From Candidatus Latescibacterota bacterium (GTDB lineage Bacteria > Latescibacterota > UBA2968 > UBA8231), in contig OZ242005.1 in the NCBI GenBank assembly GCA_965204725.1, positions 2,752,001 to 2,816,000 on the forward strand: a stretch of 64,000 bases of DNA, read 5' to 3'. The position numbers were made by a program, and so were the translations under genes. Numbering within the stretch: position 1 is the stretch's first letter; each line of letters starts with the position of its first letter. The notes beneath the pieces are model-generated. The model was not told the origin of the DNA. It made no database searches and worked only from the letters and a program-made list of their open reading frames with translations. This document shows, in pieces, positions 48,441 through 57,758 of the stretch.

Positions 48441-49304
48441 TCAATCGCTCCTTCCTCTCGCTTCTAGGCTCCAATAGATCGTTTCGATCCAGCGCGGCGT
48501 TGGCACGAAAGCCCACTCCCACGACGCCCATTGCGGGTCGAGCCCCTCTGCACGGATTTGGTCGAGGGACATGCCCGCGTCCCGGCGCGTCCGCACACTG
48601 GCCGTAGTCTCCACTAACATGCGATGGTACGTCTTCAGATCGTCGAGGGTGGCGACCGGACCGTGACCGGGGATGATTTTGGTGTCCGCGGGAAGCTGGT
48701 CGACGAGCGTGGCGATGTGTTGCGTCAGGGTCTCGACATCGCCGCCGTACTCTAGATCGACAAAGGGGAAGAGGCCGTTAAAGAAGAGGTCGCCGAGATG
48801 GGCAATCTGGGCGTTGACAAAGAATACGGCGATGTCCCCGTCGGTATGGCCGTGGGGGAAGTGAACGGCGCGGATTTCCTCGCCGTTGAAGAACACGGAC
48901 GCCGACTGCTCAAACGCAATCTCTGGCAAGGCAACCGCCGGCGCAGCCTCAATGAACCGCTTGCCAAATTCACCCCCCGTAGCCAAGCGTTTGCGGACGT
49001 TGGTGTGCGCCAAAATCGTCGCGTGCTGGCCCAAGGCGCGGTTGCCGCCGGTGTGGTCGGCGTGGAAATGCGTGTTGAAGATGTACTGGGGCTGGCCAGC
49101 AAAACGGGCTAGCGCGGCGCGTAGCGCATCGGCCTGCGACGCCAATTTGGCATCAACCAACAGAATGCCATCGCTGCCGACGCAAACCCCGACATTGCCG
49201 CCACCACCCTGCAACACATACACCGCGTCGCTGAGTTGGGAAAGCGACAGTTCGGCGGCCGCTGGGCTAGCCGCCCACAGCACCGCGATTAGTAACAAGC
49301 GCAT
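48441..49304 (-). CDS. Exported MBL-fold metallo-hydrolase (cyclase-like)
   Basis: NTHFHADHTGGN, GHTDGD, HLGD, IPGHG. Confidence 0.9.
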   Translation of the reverse strand: MRLLLIAVLWAASPAAAELSLSQLSDAVYVLQGGGGNVGVCVGSDGILLVDAKLASQADALRAALARFAGQPQYIFNTHFHADHTGGNRALGQHATILAHTNVRKRLATGGEFGKRFIEAAPAVALPEIAFEQSASVFFNGEEIRAVHFPHGHTDGDIAVFFVNAQIAHLGDLFFNGLFPFVDLEYGGDVETLTQHIATLVDQLPADTKIIPGHGPVATLDDLKTYHRMLVETTASVRTRRDAGMSLDQIRAEGLDPQWASWEWAFVPTPRWIETIYWSLEARGRSD

Positions 49305-49354
49305 GTTCCTTTTCCTCCGTGCTTAGGTTCAGTGGGGTGGGAGGACTGATGTTA

Positions 49355-49414
49355 CTTACTACACGACACCAGCCGCTTCCTTCCAAGGAGCGAGGGCATC
49401 TTGCCCTCGATCCC
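49355..49414. repeat. Truncated copy of the 30939-31074 MITE
   Basis: CTTACTACACGACACCAGCCGCT.CCTTCCAAGGA.CGAGGGCATCTTGCCCTCGATCCC. Confidence 0.85.
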
Positions 49415-49416
49415 GA

Positions 49417-51042
49417 TTACCGATCCCTCTTCCCCTCTTCGATCATTAAATACCGATTGACTGGCAAGTCGGTAAAAATCTCGCGGTGCTGGTCGGGCCA
49501 GCGCACTTCGAGCGTATCGACTCGCTCGACGCGCCCTAGCCCAAAGTGAAGGCGGCGGTCCTCGCTGGAGAGGAAACTGCTGCCGCAGACGAGGTCGCGG
49601 ATCTGCGTCCGCTTGCCAGCGACGAGGCGCGCTCTAGCGCCAATGCCATCGCGGTTGCCGCGCGTACCAACCAAGCGCAGGCCCAGCCAATTCCGCCGGT
49701 TGCCCACATCGTTTCGCAGCAACGAGGGCCGGTCGTCGAGATTGGCAACGAAAACATCCAAGTCGCCATCGTCGTCAAAGTCGAGCAAGTTGGTGCCGCG
49801 GCTGACGCGGGGCACCTTGGGGCCGAGCGCGACGGGAGTGAACGTTCCATCGCCACCATTGGCAAAAAGGTGATTGGGCTGGGCATAAGCACTGCCGCTG
49901 CCGGAGCGGTCAATCTGCGGATACACGTGACCATTGGCTACCAACAAATCGAGGTCGCCATCGTGGTCAAAGTCAAAGAACCCCGCGCCAAAGCTCACGT
50001 GCGCCCACCCGACACGCCCCAAGGCCGCTTCGCCGCTGACATCCGCAAAGGTGCCGTCGCCCTCGTTGCGATAGAGGGTATTGTACTCGTCTTCAAAATG
50101 CGTGGCGAGCAAGTCGGGCCGGCCGTCGTTGTCGTAGTCGCCCCAAGCCACCCCCATGCTCGCTTGGATTTGTCCGCTGCGGCCGTAGGCCAAGCGGGCT
50201 GGGAGGGAGCGGTCGGTAAAGCGACCATCGCCGCGATTGCGATAAAAAAAGTTCGGGCTAGAGTCGTTGGCTACGAACAGGTCGGGCCAGCCATCGGCGT
50301 CGGCGTCCGCAAACAGGACGCCCAAGCCGTAGCCGGGGGAGGGATGGTTGAGGCGCGCCCAAGCGGTGATGTCGGCAAACTCGTCGCCGTCGTTGCGGTA
50401 AAACACGTCCGCCGCCCCGGTCAACCCCCTCGGGCCGACGAAGACATCGACTCCCTTCCATTGCGCGCCCAAGCGCTCGACCGCAGCAGAATCAAATATG
50501 GCATAGATCGCCACGTACAGGTCGAGGTCGCCGTCGCGGTCGTAGTCGGCCCAAGCCGCGCCCGTGCTCCAATGAGACGTAGCCACACCAGCCGCTGCGC
50601 CCACATCGGCGAAGGCCACGCCGTCGTTGCGAAAGAGCACATTCTCCCGCAGTTGGGTCGCGTACAGGTCTGGGTCCCCGTCGTTGTCAAAGTCCGCACT
50701 CGTCGCACCCATGCCCCAGCCGCGGCCGGCGGTCCCGAGTGCCTCGCCCACATCGACAAAGCCGGTCGGACCATCGTTGCGGAAAAGCGCGTGCCCGCCG
50801 CTTGGGCCATTAACCCAATAGAGGTCTTGGTCGCCATCGAGATCAAAGTCGAGCGCGGCGGTGCCGCCGCCTTTGGCCTCGGGGATATAGCCCTTTTCTA
50901 AACTGCCGCTCGCGTGGACGCGGGTCAGGCCGAGTTCGGCGGCCACATCGACGAAGGGCGAGCGCGGCTCGGCTGCGACGCCGCACGTCCATAGCATGAC
51001 CGCGCAGAGGGCGCGGGCCGTGTTGGAGAGAAACGTGGGCAA
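49417..51042 (-). CDS. CRTAC1-family protein (FG-GAP repeats + ASPIC/UnbV)
   Basis: Multiple D.D.DG..DL repeats; NRDGIGAR, LHFGLG, VRWP. Confidence 0.9.
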   Translation of the reverse strand: MPTFLSNTARALCAVMLWTCGVAAEPRSPFVDVAAELGLTRVHASGSLEKGYIPEAKGGGTAALDFDLDGDQDLYWVNGPSGGHALFRNDGPTGFVDVGEALGTAGRGWGMGATSADFDNDGDPDLYATQLRENVLFRNDGVAFADVGAAAGVATSHWSTGAAWADYDRDGDLDLYVAIYAIFDSAAVERLGAQWKGVDVFVGPRGLTGAADVFYRNDGDEFADITAWARLNHPSPGYGLGVLFADADADGWPDLFVANDSSPNFFYRNRGDGRFTDRSLPARLAYGRSGQIQASMGVAWGDYDNDGRPDLLATHFEDEYNTLYRNEGDGTFADVSGEAALGRVGWAHVSFGAGFFDFDHDGDLDLLVANGHVYPQIDRSGSGSAYAQPNHLFANGGDGTFTPVALGPKVPRVSRGTNLLDFDDDGDLDVFVANLDDRPSLLRNDVGNRRNWLGLRLVGTRGNRDGIGARARLVAGKRTQIRDLVCGSSFLSSEDRRLHFGLGRVERVDTLEVRWPDQHREIFTDLPVNRYLMIEEGKRDR

Positions 51043-51203
51043 GGTGTAGGGTGGCCCCTACGGCGGGATGGGTGTTGATCGATAATGGCTCATAGCGCGT
51101 AACCCGTCGTTCCTGTGAAAGAACATCACCCCCAGAAGGGCACGGGGTGGACTCCGGTTTGCGCTGGAGGAACCACGCATCGATTTGACAGACCTTTCTC
51201 CAT

Positions 51204-51554
51204 CTAACCCAACGCCAGCGGCAGCAGCGCTTGGTTGTAGCCGACGACTAGGCGCGTCCCGCAGCGGAGCGCGGGTGCTCGGAGCTTGCCGGAACGCCCT
51301 AAAAGAAGCTGGAGCAACTCCTCGTCCGCGGGCCGTTGCGACGTCAGATCGAAGCGGAGGACGCGCTGCCCTTGGGCGACGAATAGCTCGGTCGCGCCCT
51401 TTAGCAGGGCGAGGGCTGCCGTGCCCGCGACCGGTTCTTTGGTCGCACTCTGCACGACGCCATCGGCTATGTTGTTTTGCACGAGAAACTCTCGGGCGCG
51501 CTTGCAGCTTTGTCAGCCGGGGCGGTGGTAGCGCCATTCCAAGGCGTGATCCAT
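51204..51554 (-). CDS. ArsC/Spx-like probable selenoprotein with UxxC motif (116 aa, Sec14)
   Basis: GAGG RBS; MDHALEWRYHRPG-TGA-QSCKRAREFL continues in frame to LLGRSGKLRAPALRCG.RLVVGY; hairpin after the TGA. Confidence 0.85.
51478..51506 (-). promoter_or_regulatory. Putative SECIS hairpin
   Basis: Minus strand TGCA...CGAGA-GTT-TCTCG-TGCA downstream of the TGA at 51515-51513. Confidence 0.5.
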
Positions 51555-51639
51555 TGCGCGGTTCCTCTCATATATAATGGTGCTAGTATTTGACCGTGGT
51601 CCAGGTAGTTCCTACGCTGAAGGGTCCCACCTTTCAGCC

Positions 51640-52500
51640 TCAGCGCTGCAACCACCGCGGCAAGCGAATTTCGGCCGACTGGTGCCAAGCCGTTAGGTAA
51701 AGAGAGGCCGTAAAGCGCACGGCCGTGCGGGCAAACGCCAAGGTCAAGGCGCGCACGCGGGCGTCGCTCTCGTCCTCCCAGTGGCCCAGCAGCGCGTACA
51801 CCTCTTCCACCCGCCGGTTGCTTTCTTTGATCTGGGCGACGATGGCCTTCATCGTCGAATCAAAGGCTACAATGTCCTGCTCAGCCGCCAAATCCTCGGG
51901 CGCAAACCCGAGCCGCTCCACCGATGAATCCACCTGTTCGTGGATCCCTTTGCCTACAACCGTGCCGTCCGCTTGCTCCTTGCCGTTGAAATCCCGGGTC
52001 GTGTGCAGGGGCTGGCAAACGTCTTGGGCGTAGTGGGCGAGAATGCCCGCATAGACGAGGCATTTCTGCTGAATCGCCTCGTTCTCCGGCCACTGGCGAT
52101 GCTCGGCAAAGGCCACGGCTAGCCGCTCGGTCCACTCGGCGATGGCGTAGGGGGCCATCCCGACCCGGGGCGGATCTAGTTGTAGCTCAAAGCACAAGGC
52201 GATAAAGTCAAAGCGCTTTGTTGGAATCGCTCGCCCCTCGAGGTATTCTAGATCGAAATAGTGCTCGCCGTGCTCAGCATGGCTGAGCAAGGGGGCGCGG
52301 CGGTTCTTAAACAAATCTGGATCGAAGACCACGTGGCTGGCCGTGTTGCCACCTTGGCGAAAGAAAGCGGGCACCTCCGCCGGCAGGGTCAGCACCGCTC
52401 CCGCGGTCAGAATTCCGTGTCCATCGCCCCACCAAGCTTGGGCTGGAACGGCCAACCAGCCAAAGGCGACTGCAATCCATGTTGCGCGGATCGCTCTCAT
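51640..52500 (-). CDS. Exported S1/P1 nuclease / Zn-phospholipase C-like protein
   Basis: Signal peptide then WWGDGH; PD, HYFD, AHYAQDVCQPLH, IHEQVD. Confidence 0.8.
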   Translation of the reverse strand: MRAIRATWIAVAFGWLAVPAQAWWGDGHGILTAGAVLTLPAEVPAFFRQGGNTASHVVFDPDLFKNRRAPLLSHAEHGEHYFDLEYLEGRAIPTKRFDFIALCFELQLDPPRVGMAPYAIAEWTERLAVAFAEHRQWPENEAIQQKCLVYAGILAHYAQDVCQPLHTTRDFNGKEQADGTVVGKGIHEQVDSSVERLGFAPEDLAAEQDIVAFDSTMKAIVAQIKESNRRVEEVYALLGHWEDESDARVRALTLAFARTAVRFTASLYLTAWHQSAEIRLPRWLQR

Positions 52501-52569
52501 TGGTTTGCATCCTTTCCTTGTGCAAATTCTAAGCAGGTGCCAACAACCCTCAATCTCGAGGATCATAAG

Positions 52570-53397
52570 ATGAAACTCTCACTATCGGTCCGCGTAGCCG
52601 AAAAATTCCACGCCAAGCGCGAAGCCAATATGACGCTCGAACAATTGGCCATCCTCGCTGTTGAGCACGGCTACGAAGCCCTCTGTCTGCGCGCCTCGCA
52701 GGTGGGTACGCATACCCCGCCCGAGACGGTTGCCGCTGCGCGCGCCCTTCTCGGCCGCTACTCGCTGGCCGTCTCCATGCTCACCGGCGACTTCCCCATC
52801 CCCGAAAACTCGGACCAAGGGCCGGATGCCCTCCGCAATATAACGCCCTATCTCGATCTAGCCGAACAGCTCGGTGCTCCACTGCTGCGCGTCTGTCTAA
52901 AAAAAGACGAGGATATCGCTTGGGCGCGTCGGGCTGCGGACGAAGCCGCCGAGCGCGACACGCGCCTAGCCCACCAGTGCCACACCCGCAGTTTGTTCGA
53001 GGAAATTGACCGCTCGCTGCAAGTTTTGGCGAGCATTGGCCGCCCCAATTTCGGCCTGATCTACGAACCAGCCAACCTAGAGTTATGCGGCCAGCCTTAC
53101 GCGCTCGATGCCATCCGCCGCCTCGCGCCGCACCTATTCAACGTGTATCTGCAAAATCAGGTCTTGACCTCCGATGGGCCAGACGCCATCGCTACGTGGT
53201 GCCGCGGCGAGGTGCGGTTTCGCCAGATTCCCTTGTGGCAAGAAGGGGGCATTCGCTTTCCGCCGCTGATTGACGCGCTACACGCGGTCGGCTACGAGGG
53301 CTATGTAACGGTCCATCAGGCTTCGGCCGAACTGGGCACTGAAGCCGCTGTCTCCGAGAGTGCCCGCTATCTCAAGCGGCTTTTGGCGGCCAATTGA
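52570..53397 (+). CDS. Sugar phosphate isomerase/epimerase (TIM barrel)
   Basis: GYEAL, PNFGLIYEPAN, GYEGYVTV. Confidence 0.75.
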   Translation: MKLSLSVRVAEKFHAKREANMTLEQLAILAVEHGYEALCLRASQVGTHTPPETVAAARALLGRYSLAVSMLTGDFPIPENSDQGPDALRNITPYLDLAEQLGAPLLRVCLKKDEDIAWARRAADEAAERDTRLAHQCHTRSLFEEIDRSLQVLASIGRPNFGLIYEPANLELCGQPYALDAIRRLAPHLFNVYLQNQVLTSDGPDAIATWCRGEVRFRQIPLWQEGGIRFPPLIDALHAVGYEGYVTVHQASAELGTEAAVSESARYLKRLLAAN

Positions 53398-53470
53398 CAA
53401 CGCCTATGCGTAAATTAGATTAAATGTCCGTTTGCGAACCCCCATCATAGTAGGAATAAGGAGAACCGTC

Positions 53471-54109
53471 ATGGCTGTCCAACTGGGCGACGAAGCCCCG
53501 GATTTTAGCGCGGAAACCACCGCAGGCCCCATCAACTTTCACGAATGGCTCGGCGATTCTTGGGGAGTGCTCTTTTCCCACCCCGCCGACTTCACGCCGG
53601 TCTGCACCACAGAGTTAGGTGCAGTCGCCAATATCGAAGAGGAGTTCAAAAAGCGCGGCGTCAAAATCATCGCCTTGAGCGTCAACTCGGTGGATGACCA
53701 CGAGGGCTGGATCGCCGACATCAACGAGACCCAAAACGCCGAGGTCGCCTTCCCGATGATCGCTGACCCCGAGCGCAAGGTCGCCCAGCTCTACGATATG
53801 ATCCACCCCAACGCGCTCGACAATATGACCGTGCGCTCGGTTTTCGTCATTGGCCCAGATAAAAAGGTCAAGCTGACGCTGACGTACCCGGCCTCGACCG
53901 GCCGCAACTTCGACGAAATTTTGCGCGTGATCGACTCGCTGCAACTGACGGCCAACTACTCGGTCGCCACCCCGGCCAACTGGCAAGACGGCGACGACTG
54001 CATCGTGGTCCCGGCCCTCTCGGACGAGGAAGCCACCGAGAAGTTTCCCCAAGGCTTCACAGCGGTTAAGCCCTATCTGCGCGTCACGCCGCAACCCAAC
54101 AGGAGGTAA
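53471..54109 (+). CDS. 1-Cys peroxiredoxin (Prx6)
   Basis: FSHPADFTPVCTTE, TVRSVF, YPASTGRNFDE, TPANW. Confidence 0.95.
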   Translation: MAVQLGDEAPDFSAETTAGPINFHEWLGDSWGVLFSHPADFTPVCTTELGAVANIEEEFKKRGVKIIALSVNSVDDHEGWIADINETQNAEVAFPMIADPERKVAQLYDMIHPNALDNMTVRSVFVIGPDKKVKLTLTYPASTGRNFDEILRVIDSLQLTANYSVATPANWQDGDDCIVVPALSDEEATEKFPQGFTAVKPYLRVTPQPNRR

Positions 54110-54112
54110 GTT

Positions 54113-55201
54113 ATGAATTCAACTTGGTTCGATAGGCTAGCTCGGATGGGTGCGTTGGCCGCGCTGATGTGGTGTGCGGCGGCCAACGCAGAATTTCTGA
54201 CCGTGGTGTCTTGGGGCGGTTCCTACGCACGCGCCTGCGTAAAAGGCTACCACGAGGCGTTTACGGCCGAGACCGGCATTGAAGTTCGCTTGGAGGACTA
54301 CAACGGCGGCCTCGCCCAGTTGCGCGCCCAAGTGGATGCGGGAAACGTGCATTGGGACGTGGTGGATATGGAGGTCGCCGATGCCATGACCGGCTGCGAC
54401 GAGGGCTTGCTCGAAGTCTTGGACTTTGACCTGCCGCCGGGGGCAAATGGCGAAGCCCCAGAGGACGACTTTTACCCGGAAACTATGGGCGAATGCGGCT
54501 TTGGCACGTTGTTCTATTCGACCATCTACGCGTACCGCACAGACCATTTTGAGGAGCGCGAACCAGAGACCATCGCCGACTTTTTCGACCTCGAGGCGTT
54601 CCCGGGCCGGCGCGGGATGCGGCGCGTACCGGCCGTAAACTTGGAGTTCGCTCTGATGGCCGACGGAGTGCCCCCAGATTCGGTGTACGCCACCCTCGAC
54701 ACGCCCGAGGGAGTCAGCCGCGCATTCCGCAAGCTCGACACCATCAAGGATCAGGTGGTTTGGTGGGAAGCCGGGGCGCAGCCGCCGCAGATGCTCGCAG
54801 ACCGCGAAGTGGTGATGACCACAGCGTACAACGGGCGCATCTTCAATGCACAAATTTTGGAAAAGCAGCCTTTTACCATCGTCTGGGATGGCCAAGTGCT
54901 AGACACCGGCCAGCTCGTCATCGCGGCGGGTGCGCCGAATTTGGAGGCCGCACGCAAGTTCCTCGCCTTTGCGGCGCGTCCAGAGTCCATGGCCGGTGTG
55001 GGCCGCTACATTGCCTACGCGCCCGCACGTCGCTCGGGTGATGATTTAATCACGGTCCACGCCGAGACCGGCGAGGAGATGGCCGCGCACATGCCCACAC
55101 ACCCAATCAACGTGACGGGCGCACTGTACAACGACTGGCGTTGGTGGAGAGACAACATGGACGAGATGAACGAGCACTTCAGCGCTTGGCTAGCGCGCTA
55201 G
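54113..55201 (+). CDS. ABC substrate-binding protein (PotD/PotF-like), no permease genes adjacent
   Basis: VSWGGSY, WDVVD, FPGRRG, YNGRIF. Confidence 0.85.
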   Translation: MNSTWFDRLARMGALAALMWCAAANAEFLTVVSWGGSYARACVKGYHEAFTAETGIEVRLEDYNGGLAQLRAQVDAGNVHWDVVDMEVADAMTGCDEGLLEVLDFDLPPGANGEAPEDDFYPETMGECGFGTLFYSTIYAYRTDHFEEREPETIADFFDLEAFPGRRGMRRVPAVNLEFALMADGVPPDSVYATLDTPEGVSRAFRKLDTIKDQVVWWEAGAQPPQMLADREVVMTTAYNGRIFNAQILEKQPFTIVWDGQVLDTGQLVIAAGAPNLEAARKFLAFAARPESMAGVGRYIAYAPARRSGDDLITVHAETGEEMAAHMPTHPINVTGALYNDWRWWRDNMDEMNEHFSAWLAR

Positions 55202-55272
55202 AAGCGGGAAATTGGAGTGAAGCAGCCGTCCGCCAGCGGGCCGGGGCCTCTGTATTGGCCTCGGCCCATTTT

Positions 55273-56109
55273 TTATAATTCGGCGAAAATCGCCTCGACA
55301 TCCGCCGTTTTTTGCCACTTGGCGAATTCTTTTTCCATGGTAGGCGACCACTTGCGATCCACCTCCCCAGGCGTGTAGCGACCATCGGCAATGCTCTTCT
55401 TGCCCCAATAGTCGCGCAGGCGGGTGTTTTCGGAGGACTCCACGACTTCGCGGGCGTATTGCGGCGGCACGAAAATCGCGCCCGTGGGGGTCGCCAGCAC
55501 GACATCGCCCGGCATACAGGTCGCGGCCCCTATCCGCACCGGGCCGTTGATCTCGGCCATGGTCACTTCGCCAATTGCCGAGGGATGTAGCCCTTTACAG
55601 AGCACGTTGATCGGCAGCTTACGCACGCGGTGATCGTCGCGGATGCCGCCATCGACGATTAGGCCCGTACCCTCGGTGTTGGCCGCGATCGCCGTGCCTA
55701 GATTGTCGCCGATAAAGGTCCCGCGCAGCACCTTGCCGAACAGATCGACAACCAATACGTCGTTAGCACCCAAGGTGTCGATGACCCAGCTATTCTGACC
55801 GCCGATCCGGCCGTGCCGCTCGCCTTCGGCCTGCACGACGCCGTCGAAGTCGGGCCGGTGCGGGATGTAGCGGGCCGTCACCGCGCGGCCGACGAGCACG
55901 CGTTTTGGATGCAGGTTGATCCAGTCGCCTTCAAACTGAAACGAATGCCCCTTGCCCATCAGCACTCCCCAGGCTTCCTCAATGGTCACCCGCTTCATCC
56001 GCTCCACGATATCGCCATTGACTTTAGGCCGCCCGTCGCGAAAACGCGGACCTGTGTACGCACTCGTTATGCTCTTTATCTTGCTCGGTGCGTTGAGTTC
56101 AAACGCCAT
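55273..56109 (-). CDS. RraA/HMG aldolase-like protein
   Basis: LVGRAVTARY, DVLVVD, FIGDNLG, VDGGIRD, PGDVVLA. Confidence 0.85.
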   Translation of the reverse strand: MAFELNAPSKIKSITSAYTGPRFRDGRPKVNGDIVERMKRVTIEEAWGVLMGKGHSFQFEGDWINLHPKRVLVGRAVTARYIPHRPDFDGVVQAEGERHGRIGGQNSWVIDTLGANDVLVVDLFGKVLRGTFIGDNLGTAIAANTEGTGLIVDGGIRDDHRVRKLPINVLCKGLHPSAIGEVTMAEINGPVRIGAATCMPGDVVLATPTGAIFVPPQYAREVVESSENTRLRDYWGKKSIADGRYTPGEVDRKWSPTMEKEFAKWQKTADVEAIFAEL

Positions 56110-56202
56110 GGTCGCTCCGTTTCGAGAAAAAAAATGGTCGCGCATCCTTTGCGGACCGCAACCAAGCTAATACATCTCGCCCGAGCGTCAACTCGACCGA
56201 GG

Positions 56203-56619
56203 CTAGAAGGGCAGATCGTCGCCGTTGGGCCCGGTCGCAGGAGCGGCGGCGAGTGCGTGGCCGTTTTCCACGACGGCCTCGGCGGCCCGCTCCGCGCCGA
56301 GCATTTTCATGGTGCTGGCGACGATTTCGGTGGTCTGGCGCTTATGGCCCTGCTGATCTTCCCAAGAGCGCGTTTGCAGCTTGCCCTCAATGTAGATCTT
56401 GCTGCCCTTTTTTAAGTACTGACCAGCGATTTCGGCAAGGCGCTGCCACAAGACGATGCGGTGCCATTCGGTGCGCTCTTGGCGCTGCCCGTTCTTGTCG
56501 TTCCACGACTCGCTGGTGGCCAAGCTGAAGTTGGCAACCTGCGCGCCGCTGGGGGTAAAGCGCGTCTCGGGATCAGACCCCAAGTTGCCGATGAGTAAAA
56601 CCTTGTTGAGACTCGACAT
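56203..56619 (-). CDS. ssb: Single-stranded DNA-binding protein
   Basis: [31 protein letters not shown]-terminal DDLPF. Confidence 0.95.
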   Translation of the reverse strand: MSSLNKVLLIGNLGSDPETRFTPSGAQVANFSLATSESWNDKNGQRQERTEWHRIVLWQRLAEIAGQYLKKGSKIYIEGKLQTRSWEDQQGHKRQTTEIVASTMKMLGAERAAEAVVENGHALAAAPATGPNGDDLPF

Positions 56620-56620
56620 A

Positions 56621-56830
56621 TTACTGCTCCTTTTGGTTGTGCAGGCTGAGATAATCCTGCTTCCACTCGCTGCGCTGACGGCGTTTGCGCGCTTGGGGCG
56701 TCTCGATGCCGTAGCGACGACAGAGGCGGCTGAAGCTGCCCGGGGCAATGCCCAAGGCCGAGCCGGCGTCGTGGTTGCTGGCGTATATGCGCGCGGCGCG
56801 TTCGATGCGATCTTTGGCGATAGGCGGCAT
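56621..56830 (-). CDS. Small HTH-like DNA-binding protein
   Basis: [19 protein letters not shown] (Fis-like HTH); AAGGA RBS; stop 1 nt before the ssb start. Confidence 0.6.
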   Translation of the reverse strand: MPPIAKDRIERAARIYASNHDAGSALGIAPGSFSRLCRRYGIETPQARKRRQRSEWKQDYLSLHNQKEQ

Positions 56831-57302
56831 GATTTTCCTTTTGGGCAAGGTTAGGTGAGATAGCGAAAAACGGGAAAGCTCCAGACGACGAAGATCGCTC
56901 CTGTACACATTGGCCCTAGTCGGCTCACTTGGCGCTGGGTGCGCTTGTTTTTGCTCACCTCGCGCAAGGCGTGAAACGCAAAAATCGGGTTCATTGCTCT
57001 GCTCCTATGGCCAGCTTTTTACTTTGATTACCTGCACAAAAAGATAGTAAACATTTGTGTAGAAGTCAAGAAATTTGCCCCCTTTTTTTGCCTCCTTTTA
57101 CGGGGATTTTCCCATCTATCCCAAAAACAATAACTTATTGATATAAAAAAACTTTTTCAACTTAATAAATTTCCATTAAAATACGATAAAACAAAGAGTG
57201 TATCGGCCGACAAACTCGGTAGTGTCGCACGGTGCTTTGTTTGTTAGATTAGTGGGTACTAATGGCACAATGGCTGCGAGCCTACGAGAAAGGAGAAAAG
57301 CC

Positions 57303-57716
57303 ATGAGTACGGTACTCGTCCACATTGGCGTCCGGGCCACAGACCTCGAAAAGACCATTCGCTTTTGGCGCGATGGCCTCGGCCTGCCCGTGGTATCGAC
57401 CCACGGGAGCTGCTACGACCTCAGCGACGGCCACCACAACTTCCGAGTCTTCCAGCACAACGGCCCGAGCCGCCCCCCGCACGTCAGTGGGATGCTCGAC
57501 TACCTCCACATCGGCGTGCGGGTGCCCGACCTCGCAGAGGCCGGTCGTCGCCTGTTGGAGATGGGCTATGAAATTTTTTCCGATGGCTTGGGCGGCAAAG
57601 AGCCGATTGATGTCCACGACATCCGCGAAGGGGCCTTCAAGGTTGAAGACCCAGACGGCATTACCGTGGACGTAACGGCCAGCGACGGTCAATGGCCGGG
57701 TGCGGTCCTCCAGTAG
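57303..57716 (+). CDS. VOC/glyoxalase family protein
   Basis: HIGVRATDLE..FW.D.LG, HIGVRVPD, DPDG. Confidence 0.88.
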   Translation: MSTVLVHIGVRATDLEKTIRFWRDGLGLPVVSTHGSCYDLSDGHHNFRVFQHNGPSRPPHVSGMLDYLHIGVRVPDLAEAGRRLLEMGYEIFSDGLGGKEPIDVHDIREGAFKVEDPDGITVDVTASDGQWPGAVLQ

Positions 57717-57758
57717 CCCGCCTCCCTCCCAATCCTTACCTCAAATCGAGAGGATCTA

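Noticed and set aside
49546-50901. 451-aa plus-strand ORF
   Set aside because: Antisense shadow of the CRTAC1-family gene
53471-54109. Possible third selenoprotein (peroxiredoxin)
   Set aside because: The catalytic codon is TGC (PVCTTE) and there is no in-frame TGA
56203-57200. Prophage
   Set aside because: No integrase, structural or replication genes besides ssb
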